From Conidiobolus incongruus B7586 (taxonomy: Eukaryota), in contig JNEM01011868.1 in NCBI GenBank assembly GCA_000697335.1, forward strand, positions 1 to 33,860: DNA of 33,860 nt, written 5' to 3'. Each line of letters begins with the position of its first letter. Position 1 is the stretch's first letter. This document shows positions 1-12,240 of the stretch, piece by piece. Under the pieces are notes generated by a model. It saw only the letters and a list, made by a program, of their open reading frames with translations. It was not told the origin of the DNA and searched no databases. The position numbers were made by a program, and so were the translations under genes.

Positions 1-1277
1 TAATTTAAATAATGGGAATTTTTTGTGATTGAAAAAAAAATAAACATTTTAATATATAAAAAGTAAAAATAAATATATATTATAAAATTAATACTTTCTT
101 TTATTTCTAATAACTTTTTGCTATACTTTTAATAAAGATCTAACACTGAAAAAATAATTTTTTTATTAAAGACTAAAATTTAATATTTTACAAACTAATT
201 AAATTTTCTTGTAGAAATTTTTTTCTTGTAATCTAGTTTTTTAATTACCTAAAACAATTATAATTACATAAGTTATAATCTAAAGAATATATTAAATGTA
301 GTAGTTTTTTCTAGTTATTTTTAATTAGAAAATTTTTTACAACTTTAAATTTATATATTTTATAATTATCATTTAAAATAATAAGTTTTCTTAAATTATA
401 TTAAAAATATTACTTAAAAATAATTTTATTTAAAAAAATATAAAGTTTACTATTAATTAATTTTTTTCAAGAATTAAATAAAAATAACATATGTTATTAT
501 AATTTATTATAATAATTAATATTCATTTATTAAAAAGTATTTATTTAAAAGAATTTATAAAGAAGGTTAATTTAACTTAATTTAACATTTTAATTTATAT
601 TTTAACAAAAGATTATATAAAAAAAATTAAGATTTATTAATTATAATAATTTATTGTAAAAGTTTTAATTTTTAATTATACCTTAATAAGTTTTATTTAA
701 CAATAACTACTTTAATTTTTTTAAGCTTTAATTAAATTATAAAGTATTTATTTTATATTTTTATTAATTAATTTTAATTTAAACTTTAATATATGTAAAA
801 TATTTATGTAACTAATATTAAAGTATCCTGTTAATTTTTTAATTCAAATAGTGTTTTTTAATATATTTTTTTATTAATAATTAAAAATATAATAGTTAAA
901 ATTAATCTTTTAAATTTTAACAAGTTTTAAATAGTTTTTCTTTTAATTTTAAAGTAATTTACTTAATAATAAATTATTAATAAAAGCTACTTATAAATTT
1001 TAAATGATTTTAAAAAGTTTGTGGTTAAGTTTTACTAATACTAAAATAAAAATCTTTTCATAGTTATAATTTGGTTTAAACATAATTAAATTAAATAACT
1101 AATTTTAAAAATTAATTTTTAAATTAAAAAATTATTATATATATATATATATATATAATTCAAAACTATTTATTTTCTTATTTATTATATATATATATTT
1201 TTTTTATTTGAAATTAATAATATGTTTGAAAAATTAAAAATTAAAAATTTTCCCATTTTTTTAATTCTATAGTAATA
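1..1277 (-). mobile_element. Decayed mariner (Tc1/mariner, DD34D) DNA transposon, copy 1; one terminus cut by the window edge
   Basis: Aligns by eye to 28446-29719 (direct) and 32301-33481 (inverted). Terminal repeat TATAGTAATA at 1268-1277. The minus strand of ~240-383 reads IILNDNYKIYKFKVVKNFLIKNN*KKLLHLIYSLDYNLCNYNCFR*LK, a transition-mutated version of the mariner HDNxxxH...WExLPHPxYSPDxxPxDY catalytic region. Confidence 0.85.
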
Positions 1278-1930
1278 TTTTTGATAATATAAAAATGATT
1301 TTAATGTTTGAATTAAATTCAAATTATTTAATAGAAAGAACAGAGTATTGGTATATATTAAATCAATATTAAAAGTTAATCCAGCTATATTACTTAATCC
1401 ATGCTATAATAACTTTAGCATGTCTATTATATTAACATAAATATCATTATCTTTTTATATAAAAAATAATAGAATCTACAAATATAACATTTATATATCA
1501 CTTAAATTTACATTTTAGTTTGAATTCAATATTGACACTTTATGACTATGTCTAGATTTTATTATGAAGAAAGGATTTCTAATCTCAATACTCAAAATCT
1601 ATAATTTTAAATATAAATTCTATTTTTATATAATGACATAATCAAACCTGATTATAATTATATTAATAATATAATTGATTATAACATGAATAAGCAAAAT
1701 ATAAAACTCATTCATGTTCTATTATTATATTTATCAAAAACTGCCAATGCAATAAAATTTTATAGATAAATTCAAAAACAATACATGACTCAAAATTTCA
1801 TTGGGTATATCAATATTATATTCGAGAGAGGTATAAATTTTACAAATTTATTAATAATTATTGAAATACTATTGAAATTATTAAAATGTATGTAATGGTT
1901 TGAAAGTAACATGTGCAAAGGTTAAAAACG

Positions 1931-2002
1931 CTCCGAGACAGGGAATCGAACCCTGGCGACGTTCGCGAGAGCGAGAAATCCTAGCCATTGGACCATATCG
2001 GA
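1931..2002 (-). tRNA. tRNA-Glu(CTC)-like gene with disrupted anticodon stem (possible pseudogene)
   Basis: Reverse complement: TCCGATA TG GTCC AATGGCTA GGAT T TCTCG CT CTC GC GAACG TCGC CAGGG TTCGATT CCCTG TCTCGGA G. Glu-type 5' end TCCGATA, intact D and T arms, A and B boxes, and a TTTTT terminator 2 nt downstream. The anticodon stem does not pair canonically and there is a U6/C67 mismatch. Confidence 0.75.
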
Positions 2003-2530
2003 TTAAGCGTCTTATTTTACATTTATACATATTTATTACAGGGAAGATATTGTCGATTTCAGCAATCCCTATATTTCAACATATTCAACATTATCCACTT
2101 TTTCATTTACTTTTTTTATTCTTATTACATAATTAATAATTAATTCTCTTTTATTTATATAATTTTCTAATTACACAAAAATATAGTAACAATTTTCATG
2201 TTTTTAATCTCAATGTTCAATGATCTTGAACTTTATCTAGCTGAAATAATGATTAATTTTATTTCATAGATAATTTTATATGATGACGAAATTCTGGTGA
2301 GAAATTGAAAATTTTGAACAAATCCCATATTATTTTTAAATTAATTAAATTATAATTTTGAGGATATTTTAAATGATGAAATTCCCTGCTTATCATATAA
2401 TAAATTACAAAAATCATTTTAAGAATTCAATCACACTTCATTCAATAAATATAAAGTTGAAGTACAAAGAAGATTTCTTAGATTCATTAATATCATTGTT
2501 TTTTTGCAATATATCATTTTATAATTCAAT

Positions 2531-5500
2531 ATGAAAACTGATAAAATTGAGCAACAGCTTGAGGCCGACCCTTATAATACAGAATTATGGAATATGTTAC
2601 TAGTTCAAGCTCATAATGGAGATGATATTGATCTAGTTCGTAACATTTATGAAAGGGTTTTAGGTCAGTTTCCCACTTGTGTAGGTTTATTTTACTTTTT
2701 TTCAATAACAGTAGTAATAATAATGTTTATTCATTTCACAGGCTCGATTTTGGATTGGGTATGCTGAATTTGAATTAAAAAACCAAGATTACGGCCGCTT
2801 GGAGCAAATATTTACGAGGTCACTTCAAATGATCCCTTCTTTAGAACTTTGGAAGGTTTATTTACAATATATCCGCAAAATTAATAGCGAAGCCGACGGT
2901 ACTCCCAAAGGAAGTCAAGGGCGTGAAACTATTAACAAAGCATACGAGACTGGATTACAGCATATTGGACTTGACAAAGATTCAGGATCCGTTTGGTTAG
3001 AGTATTTAGATTTTTTAAAAAGTGCTCAGGTATGTAATATTTTTATTTTTGTAATTGAATTTGTTTATTTTTACTTCACCTTGTTTTTAACTTGAAAGTT
3101 AAAAACTATTAATCAAATAAACTACAGAGTAAATGATGATTATTCTGTTATCCAGTTTTCTAAATCACTGGGATTTCCTTCATTTCTATTAAGAATATTA
3201 ATTTATATTTACCATTTATAACTATAATCATTTAATTAATTTGATTCTCATATCATTACTGGTAGTAAATCCTCATCATTATAACTATTTTATTTTTACG
3301 TTTATTATATACATTTTTATAAAACAGATTTTAATATAATTATTTTATCTTAGACTATGAATAAATGGGAAGAAGATCAGAAGGTTGATATGATTAGAAA
3401 AGTGTTTCAAACAGCTCTTTGCATTCCATTAATTAATATCGAACAACTGTGGAAAGATTATGATTCATTTGAAAATCAAGTTAACAGAATGACAGTAATC
3501 ATTTTTATCAATTTACACTTTTAAATATATTAAATACAACCATTGTATAGGCTAAAACTTTCCTCACTCAGCATTCTCCAACATATATGACTGCTCGTAC
3601 AGCTCTCAAGGAATTGAAATCTCTAACAGATCCCCTACAAATTTCTTTGAAATCAATCCCTCGTCCTCCAGATTTCTCTACTAAAGACGTTAAATTGGTA
3701 TATAAATAATAATAATAATAATAATAATTAAATAACATTAACGATCATTTAGCTTAATCAATGGAAATCTTATATCAAATGGGAACAATCAAACCCACTT
3801 CATTTTGAGCAGCCTGATTTACTTCAGAGTAGAATTATTTTTGCTTTTAAACAAGCTCAAATGGCTCTTCGTTTTTATCCGGAAATTTGGTTTGAATTGG
3901 CTCAGTATTACTTGAAGCTTGGTATGTCTTCCCTTGCTGAAGCCACCTATAAGGCTGCTACTGAAGCCAATCCAACTAGGTACTTAAAATATACAATTGA
4001 TAGAATATATAGCTAATTATTCGACTGTAGCGTACTTTTGACTTGTGCATATGCTGAATATCAGGAATCCAATCAGCTTTTTGCCCAAAGCAAAGAAATT
4101 TATGAACAATTTATCGAGGAAATTACTAAAAATTTAGAAAAAGTTACTGCAAAAATGGAGCTTGAATTGAAAAACTTTGATGAGCAGCCACTCTCATTAC
4201 CTCCTGGTGAAGATCAAGTTCCAGAAGGCGAAATCGACGGTGAGTATAGAGAAAAACTTCGTGCTCTTGAACGAAAAAAAGGTCTACAACGCCTTGAGCT
4301 CAAAAAAACTTTTGATGATGAAATTGATAAATTGAAGCAGAAGGCTTCTCTTGTTTGGATTCATTATATGAAATTCGCTCGTCGTACTGATGGCATCAAA
4401 GGTGCTAGAGCAGTTTTTGCTCAAGCCAGAAAATCACAGTGTATTTCATATCACGTCTTTATCTACTCAGGTATTTTGATTTTTAAATCATTATTTAAAA
4501 ATTTATACTAAATACTTATTTAGCATTAATGGAATTCTATTGTGGAAAAGACACTGTTGTTCCTGGTAAAGTGTTTGAACTTGGATTGAAAAGTTATAGT
4601 GAAGAACCAATTTATATTGTTGAGTATATGAAGCACTTGATGAGAATGAATGATGATACAAGTAAAAATTTATTAATCAAACCAATTATTCAACTCATAC
4701 AATTGATTTTAGACATTCGCGCTTTATTCGAAAGAAGCTTGAATGCTATCAGTCCAGAACATGCTAAACCTATATGGAATACCCTTATTGGTTTTGAAAG
4801 CTTGTACGGAGACTTGATTGCTATTCAAAAACTTGATGAAAGGTTGGGCGAAGCTTATCCTAATAGTAAGTAATATCGCTTTCAAGATTTGTATTTTCTA
4901 ATCAATAATTATAGTTTCATTAACTTCTCGTTTTGCGGATCGTACTAACTTTCTGAACTTGAATATTGAATCTGAACTTGGCCCGATTGGTAATAAACTT
5001 TATATAATTCTAAATACATACACTCAGTAATACTTTTTAGCCACCATATCTCAACCTGAAATTGATACTCCATCAGAAAAATCAAAAGAAACCACTACCG
5101 AAGAAAAAGCACCAGTCAAAGGTAAAATGTTACTTGTTTCTGTCCAACCTGCCAAGTTTGCCAAGCCTGATTTTCCTAAATGGAATTTCTATAAGCCTAC
5201 CGCTGATGCTACTGCATCGGCCAATGCTAATCCAGGCACTCCTAATGCTGTTCCACCTCCAGTAAATCCACAAATTAAAGAAAAACCCAGAGCTGTCCCA
5301 CCTCCTAACCTATCACACACTCATTCTATGCCTCCTCCAGCTCCTCTGCCTGCCAATGTACCTGAAGCAGTTGGCTATTTGCTCACTAAATTACCTGCAC
5401 CTACTTCTTATAATGGTAAGTGAAAATTCAAGTATATCGACTTAATTATGTAACACAAAAGTTTAGGCCCTATAATACCTCCTGAACCCCTGATTGATAT

Positions 5501-6132
5501 TCTTAAAACATTAAGAACAGCTCATCCTGAGCATCCTCCATCAGGTGGTCACTTTCCTCCTCCTCACATGGGACACGAATTTGATGGTGGTAGCTCTGGA
5601 CCCCATACTCCAAGGGCACATCATATGCCAAACCCCAATTTCCAAGCTGGACCCAGACCTCGTCCGATACAAATGCAGCATCATACTCCTCCTCAACATG
5701 TGCAGCATGCTCCACAAGTTCAACCTCAGCCCCAGCATCAGCATCCCAATGCTCCTTATAATAAGCATCCTAGGGTATTTATTTTTAATTTATTTTTCAT
5801 TCAGTTTATATAATTATTTTTAGGGTAATATTCGACCTCCTCATGGACATTTCAGACCTAACAATCCTCAGGGCCAATATAATAGACCTCAGCCTTCTCA
5901 TCATCCATTAGCTGGAGGCCCTGATGATTCAAGTAATTATCAATCATTTGTTAAAATAAATAGTTTACTAATCCATTGTATAGATAGATCTAGAGGAAGA
6001 TATAAACGATTTAGAGGTGGCCATAACCCTCATTATCCTAATGAATTCCAACATCCTAATCAATACCAGCATCCTAATAATTTGAATGCAAACCCCAACT
6101 GGCAGCCAGGACCTCATCATCATCCCATGTAA
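2531..6132 (+). CDS. RNA14: mRNA 3'-end processing factor Rna14 / CstF-77 (HAT/Suf repeats), multi-exon
   Basis: Spliced ORFs give HAT/Suf motifs: YERVLGQFPTCARFWIGYAEFE, SLELWKVYLQYIR, TMNKWEEDQKVDMIRKVF, IPLINIEQLWKDYDSFE, YIKWEQSNPL, WIHYMKFARRTDGIKGARAVF and KVFELGLKSY. GT-AG introns include 2681-2741 and 3030-3353. Stop TAA at 6130-6132 follows a P/H/Q/N-rich tail. Confidence 0.92.
3705..3728. repeat. (AAT)n microsatellite in an RNA14 intron
   Basis: About 8 tandem AAT units are directly visible. Confidence 0.8.
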
Positions 6133-6358
6133 ATTCATCCTTAAAAATCTATTATATCGAACTATTATTCGATTAATATAAAATATTAATTTTGCTTTGA
6201 TTCAAATATATTTGCTTGAATTGACAATAAACATAATATTAATCAATAAATTTTCCATTTTTATGAATATAACTCAAACCATAATTTAAGAAATTGTGTA
6301 ATATAGATTAAATTGTGACAGTTTTCCTCCACATTAATTTCAATTCTTGAATTTAATA

Positions 6359-6881
6359 ATGAATGAATATATTTTACCAGCTATCGTGTCAGGTGTGTTT
6401 GCCTGTTTAAACAGTTTATTAACTAAATTAGCTATTGATCGTCAATTAATATCAATTTTAAATCAATTCAATATCCCTATATCTGACGATAAGGTAAATA
6501 TACTTTATTACTCATATACACTATACTAAATATATGTTTTAGATCATCTACTACGTTAGATTTTTAATGCTAATCTTAACAGGGTTAAGTAATTTATTAA
6601 TGTGGATATGTTTTACCAAAGCTTTAAATTTAAGTGAAAACTCTATTCAAGTCATTACCTTGAATAACTGTTCTAATTTATTATTCAGTGTAGGTATTTA
6701 ATCATGTAATTAAATTGATTTGTTAATCATGTGTGAATAATAATAGGGTATAATAGGATATCTGTTATTGAATGAAACAATCAATATAAAATGGGTATTT
6801 GGAACAATCTTAGTAGTGACTGGTAGTTACTTATTAAATCAAACTAATGAAACACAAGATGCAAAATTTAAAAAAGATTAA
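6359..6881 (+). CDS. TMEM42-like small multipass (DMT/EamA-type) membrane protein, 3 exons
   Basis: Spliced product MNEYILPAIVSGVFACLNSLLTKLA...NLLMWICFTKALNLSENSIQVITLNNCSNLLFS|GIIGYLLLNETINIKWVFGTILVVTGSYLL...KKD* matches TMEM42 family patterns (SGxFAxxxSxxxKLA, MWxxFxKAL, NxxxSxxxGxxxxxE). Confidence 0.75.
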
Positions 6882-6901
6882 AAAGAATAAATAGATTAAG
6901 T

Positions 6902-7775
6902 TTAATTATTATTAGAATTTAATAGTTGTTCTAAAATTTTGTCATGATTAAAGTTAAATTTAATTAAATTCAATTTAATTTGATATAAATCGAATCCCAT
7001 ATCTAAATAAGGTTGAATCCAATCTTCATCTAATAACTCTAGATCTTTTTCTAGGAGGGGTGGCGCATACGCGGATACCCAAAATTCCGCTGTATTACGG
7101 AATTCCGAATAGTTACTGGTGAATTGTTTGGCTACTTCCGCATCCTAAATTAAAGTGAATTATTTGTTATTGTTGTTTATATAAGTATTAATTACTTGGG
7201 GATCATTGGGCTCAGGAGCCGATAATAAAGTTTGAATACTTAACAATAAAGTTCTAAAGGTTATTATTGGTGACCATTTTGTACTTAATAAATCTAAACA
7301 AATAGCACCCTATCCAAAAGTTAGTAACTTCAATATTATAATGACATTAATATAAATATAAATTACAGTTTGAGAACTAATATTAGGATGATAAACTGGT
7401 GTGATAAATTTGACTTTGGGTGGGGAAAATGGATAATCTTGCTATTCAATTAGTTATTTAATATATGACATTTATAAATATAAAAATATAATATTGATTA
7501 CTGGTAATTCTATACTCAAATCAAAAAAACCTTCTAGATCAAAGTTAATACCAAATAAGAATATAATTTGAGAATATATTTTACTTTCATAAATAGAATT
7601 TTTAGGACCTCTTATTCTAGCAGTAAACTTATCTAAAAATCACTGTTAATATTATATCACGTACCAGTGATAGTTACGAATTACTGATTTCATCAGTGTG
7701 ATAAATTTTGAAGGGGAAATCTTTGTCAAATCTTTCACAATCCTTCAAATCTCGAGTTAATCTATTTAAATCCAT
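6902..7775 (-). CDS. UBC1: Ubiquitin-conjugating enzyme E2, Ubc1/UBE2K-type with C-terminal UBA-like domain, multi-exon (missed by the ORF track)
   Basis: Minus-strand exons: [12 protein letters not shown]..., [58 protein letters not shown] (catalytic Cys), [18 protein letters not shown], and LDMGF (UBA MGF motif). Stop at 6902-6904. Confidence 0.88.
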
Positions 7776-8948
7776 ATTTTAGAAATTAATATAGGATTAT
7801 TAATTCATTTTAGATTTTTGTAATTAATTGATTAGGAAATATTTATGGGATTTTATATGATTTCATTTAACTTGATCAGATTGTTATATTGATTAAAGAT
7901 AATATAGAACCAAATAATTCTACATATTAACTAATAGCTATGACATTTATGGTTTAAATGATCAAATCAAAATCTATTCACAATATTTAATATTCAATAA
8001 AAAATTAGCGAAAATATAAATATATATTGATTTTGAATTTCCATAATTTTCCTAGCTTATAAAAATCAAGAAATTGCCAAATTAAGCAATATTTTTAATA
8101 TATTGATATTTTTAAACTTGATAAATTCTTCATAAAGGTTACACTATTCCTTGTTATTTTAAGAGCATCTTCACTTGCAAATTGTTCACTCAATTTTAAT
8201 ATCTTATCACCTTTACACTGCCAAGGTAGTATTTTTGAATTTAGTTATTGTGACCAATTATTTTGTTCACGATTTTCAATACCCAATTTGATTGATGTAA
8301 ATTGAGAATACATTATTTCCTGAATGGTTTGATATTGATGAATATTTTTATTTTTGGCTCAATATGTTAAAAAAAGCTTTGGAAATTCGTAAGTATTGAT
8401 ATAGCTATTAACAAAATAACAATATAAGCATTTCAGATTATGTAATGAATGTAAAATGATTGAATTTTGTAATCGATATTAGATTAACTGATGAAATCAC
8501 GAATGTAAATAATATGCTTAAAATGATTAAAAATTATTCAGATTTTTGGCAAAAAGTTGTGCAAATCAGTATTTTCCATACTTAAACGTAAGCAATTCAA
8601 GAGTATGAAATCACCTCTTTCTTTAGTTAAATGAAATAAGTGAACTTAGATTAGCACTTATGTACAAGTTACACATCTCAAATTTATATAAATTTTCAGA
8701 TATATTATCTTAATTCATTCTATTTTCAAAAAATAATGTAATCGAAAAATTATCTCAATAATTCCAGTTTAACAAACATTTAATTTGATATCCATAAATA
8801 ATCGCAAATTTCTACAGCCATTTTATATAAATATTCATTTACCCATAATATCAGCTACTCTAATTCAGTTTTAAATTATTAACATCACGCATTAACTTTA
8901 TTAATTTTTAAAATCATCTATCTGTTTAATTATTAATAATCATTCAAT

Positions 8949-10457
8949 ATGTCTAAAAGTACAGAAGATATACCCGTAGTGAATTTACCTCCTGCGATTA
9001 ATGTACATGACACTGATTTCGACACTGTGGAATCAACTTCATCCAATGATGTCTCTCACCAAATCCCTTCTGCAAATGTGAACAATCTCAATCCCAATCT
9101 TTATTCTCAAACTTCTGCCAGTGAATCATCCCAAAACTTATCCACATTTTCACCCGGTACCAATCCCATACCCAGGTTAAAAAAGAATCGCTCAGTTGCC
9201 GAGTTGAGAGCTTCCACCCTATTTCTCAACCCTGACGGCGATGCCGAAAAGAGATTATCCATTCTAACTCCGAATTCCAACAGACCTTCCTCAGCACTCT
9301 ACACAAATCCTAAGCGTTTGAGCCGTATTTCCAACACATTAACTAACGAATCACCCATGCTAGCAGTTTACAGAGAATCCGCTCTCAAAACTAAAGACCC
9401 CAGTATCCAAATGGAATTTGCCAAATTTATTTTTGAACAGATAGAATCTTTACAAGATCCCGATGTAGAAACGGATATTCCTACAGACCCTCAAAGCATT
9501 GAAAAACTGACGGAGGAGGGTGTATTCTGGATCAATAAGCTCAATAAGGCGAATCATCCTGAAGCTGTCTACATCGTCGGTACCTGGTATGAATACGGTA
9601 AATTTGGTTACTCTCCCAGCAACAGTCGTGCTTTGTCTCAGTACCAATCCGCTAATAAGCTTGGATACCCAGGCGGCATGTATAAGTTGGGAGAGCATTA
9701 CGAAAATCGTAACGACTATACCAGAGCTGTCGCATTCTATAAGAAAGCTTGCGCTTTGGGAAGTCCAGCTGCCAACTATCGTATCGGTATTGCTTATCTC
9801 TACGGAGATATGAAATTGCCTAAGAGTCACCAATCTGCTCACTTATTCCTCAGAAGAGCAGCACAAGCTGCCAACAAAGAATTTCCCCAAGGTGCCTACA
9901 TTTGGGGGTTGATCCTATTAGGTATTTTCGAAGTGGATTTGGGCTTAAGGGACGAAATTGAAGCTAGAGAATCTTTGGAAAAAGCTGCTGAACTCAAATA
10001 CTTACCGGCTATTTATAAGTGTGGCTACTGTTACGAATATGGTGAACACGGCTTCCCCGTCGATCCTGCCAAATCTATTTACTATTACAAATCAGCTGCT
10101 CACAGAGGACATCCCGAAGCTCAAATGGCTCTCAGTGGTTGGTATTTGACAGGTGCTCCAGGTATTTTGGAGCCCAAAGATTCTGAAGCAATCAAGTGGT
10201 GCTCATTAGCAGCCAATCAAAACTTACCCAAAGCTGAATATGCTATGGGTTACTACCACGAAGTTGGTGTTGGTGTCGAAATTAATATGGATGAGGCTAT
10301 GAAATGGTACCATCGCGCCGCCAAAAATGGATCCATCGAAGCTAAAAAGAGATTGGAGAAGAACGCTCCCCAAGTCCGAAGATCTGAATATGGATCAGTC
10401 AAGATAAAGAAACATACCAAGGGCAAAGACAAGAAGGGGGATTGTGTTATTTGTTAA
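8949..10457 (+). CDS. SKT5: Chitin synthase III activator Chs4/Skt5 (Sel1-like repeats, C-terminal CaaX), intronless
   Basis: 502-aa ORF with tandem SEL1 repeats (AIYKCGYCYEYG, AQMALSGWYLTGAPGIL, LPKAEYAMGYYHEVGVG) and a basic tail ending CVIC. Confidence 0.88.
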   Translation: MSKSTEDIPVVNLPPAINVHDTDFDTVESTSSNDVSHQIPSANVNNLNPNLYSQTSASESSQNLSTFSPGTNPIPRLKKNRSVAELRASTLFLNPDGDAEKRLSILTPNSNRPSSALYTNPKRLSRISNTLTNESPMLAVYRESALKTKDPSIQMEFAKFIFEQIESLQDPDVETDIPTDPQSIEKLTEEGVFWINKLNKANHPEAVYIVGTWYEYGKFGYSPSNSRALSQYQSANKLGYPGGMYKLGEHYENRNDYTRAVAFYKKACALGSPAANYRIGIAYLYGDMKLPKSHQSAHLFLRRAAQAANKEFPQGAYIWGLILLGIFEVDLGLRDEIEARESLEKAAELKYLPAIYKCGYCYEYGEHGFPVDPAKSIYYYKSAAHRGHPEAQMALSGWYLTGAPGILEPKDSEAIKWCSLAANQNLPKAEYAMGYYHEVGVGVEINMDEAMKWYHRAAKNGSIEAKKRLEKNAPQVRRSEYGSVKIKKHTKGKDKKGDCVIC

Positions 10458-10876
10458 ACTATTTATCTATTCAATTTATATTAATTATTGGTATTACAAA
10501 TAGTTACTTTATAATAAATTAATCATCAGAATGTTATGCAGGATTTTTATTAAATAATAGGGAATTCTTGGAACCAATAAGCTATCGCTGGAATTGGAAA
10601 ATTTCTCGTGGATATTGATAAAATATTTATATTCATCATCACTATAAAATTATAGCAGAATCAGTTTTTAATTTAACACTTAATATCAAGAACTACTCTC
10701 ATTACTGATTATATTAAATAACACTTTATTCTCAAGTTTTTAAATTATTATCAATTGAAATAATTTAAATAATTAAAAATATCAAGAGTAAAATAATCAA
10801 AAGTTGACCTTATTTTGACTTAATTATAATGAATAATAGAAATACAACAATATGGAATAGAATGAATGATAAATAA

Positions 10877-12088
10877 TCAATCACATTCACTATTCATGTC
10901 GTATTTTTTCAAATATTTCTGTTCAACTTCTCTCGTCTCATCTAAATTGGTTACTGAGGATTGGTTAGCAGTTGCCATGATGGATTCGTTGCCTTCTGTC
11001 AATCCTCCGAAGATGTAACCGTTAGCTTGATCAATGGTTTTTAATAAATTAAACATGGATTCTTTATCCTAAACGTAACAATTAATAACGAAATAGTCCA
11101 TTAAATATGATAGAATTACCTCAACTTGTAAAGTTTTAAAACTGACCAAACTGAAATCCTCAATCAATTCACATAATACCTCATTCAATTTTTGAAATTT
11201 CTTCCCAAATTGACTTTCATTTAATTGGAATAATAAATATTTCAAATCCATGACTTCTGTATAGTATTCTAAATTAAAATCTTTAAAAGTTGTTAATTTT
11301 CAGTGTGGATAGTGTTATGATTGGTAATTACCTAATTTGCCATAGCTTTCCATCAAATCAATTTTACTGAGTACATTGACATGAGGTAATTCCAACATAA
11401 GCATACCCTTCAAACTCAATAATAATACGGATACGAATTTGGTTGGGTCTGTGCAGTAGTGAGCGTCTACTAAATGAACGCAAGCCAACTAAATTAAAAA
11501 TATTAATACTATAAATCATGGAAGTGATATTATTGATTACTCTAAAATCCAACTTCACCAAATGATCCACAATGTTTCTAATTACATAATTATGTGTAAA
11601 TAATTCGGCCTGTCCAGGAGAATCAAATATAATATAGTAATCTTTAAAATATATTAATTATTCCAAAAAAAATGTAAATTAATATAAAATTTACCAGAAT
11701 AATCTTTCAATTGGTCAGTCAACCAATTGATATTCTCTAACAAGTATTCCAAACAGTACATAATACCACCGTTCGGGCCCAAATGATAAGTTTCCATAGC
11801 ATCTTGTAAAGTGATTAAATCTTGAATATTGATAGTACAGTCGTAAGGGATAAAGTCATTAGCTGGGTCTAAATTCACAATGACACATTTTCTATTGATT
11901 TTCAAATAAGCTAATTATTTTAATAAGTATATTTTATGTCAATACCTTTTAATTCCCTCGCAAAATTGTTGCAAGCCGTAACAGTATGTAGTTTTACCAG
12001 ATCCTGGTGGACCAATAACAATCTAGAATTGAATTAGCAATTCAAATGCAAAAAAAGTTTTATAGGCTATTACTTGACCGAATGGCAT
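10877..12088 (-). CDS. GPN2: GPN-loop GTPase 2, multi-exon
   Basis: [19 protein letters not shown] (P-loop), [22 protein letters not shown] (GPN loop), [30 protein letters not shown]. Confidence 0.9.
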
Positions 12089-12240
12089 AGCTTTAATTGT
12101 ATATAAAAAGTTTTAAAATGTATTGTTGAATTAATTAAGATCGAGTTGGTTTCAAATAACTTCAATTACAAATTAATACCCAATAATAATATTTATATGT
12201 TGATTTAATTGTGAAAATTATTATGGGTTACAAAACATTT

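Noticed and set aside
1900..2136. 78-aa ORF on the + strand
   Set aside because: It is the antisense reading of the tRNA-like gene plus AT-rich flank, with a TTG start and no protein features.
3133..3250. Box C-like ATGATGA in the long RNA14 intron (intronic C/D snoRNA)
   Set aside because: There is no properly placed CTGA box D or terminal stem, and I could not recognise an rRNA guide.
9450..10149. Overlapping ORFs 9450-9842(-), 9520-9813(+) and 9958-10149(+)
   Set aside because: They are shadow frames of the GC-richer SKT5 coding sequence. The same applies to 5503-5823, 15835-16071, 16390-16575, 17301-17486, 18540-18887, 24430-24615 and 26729-26935.
10443..10457. CaaX motif (CVIC) on Chs4/Skt5
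   Set aside because: Expected: Chs4 family proteins are known to be prenylated.
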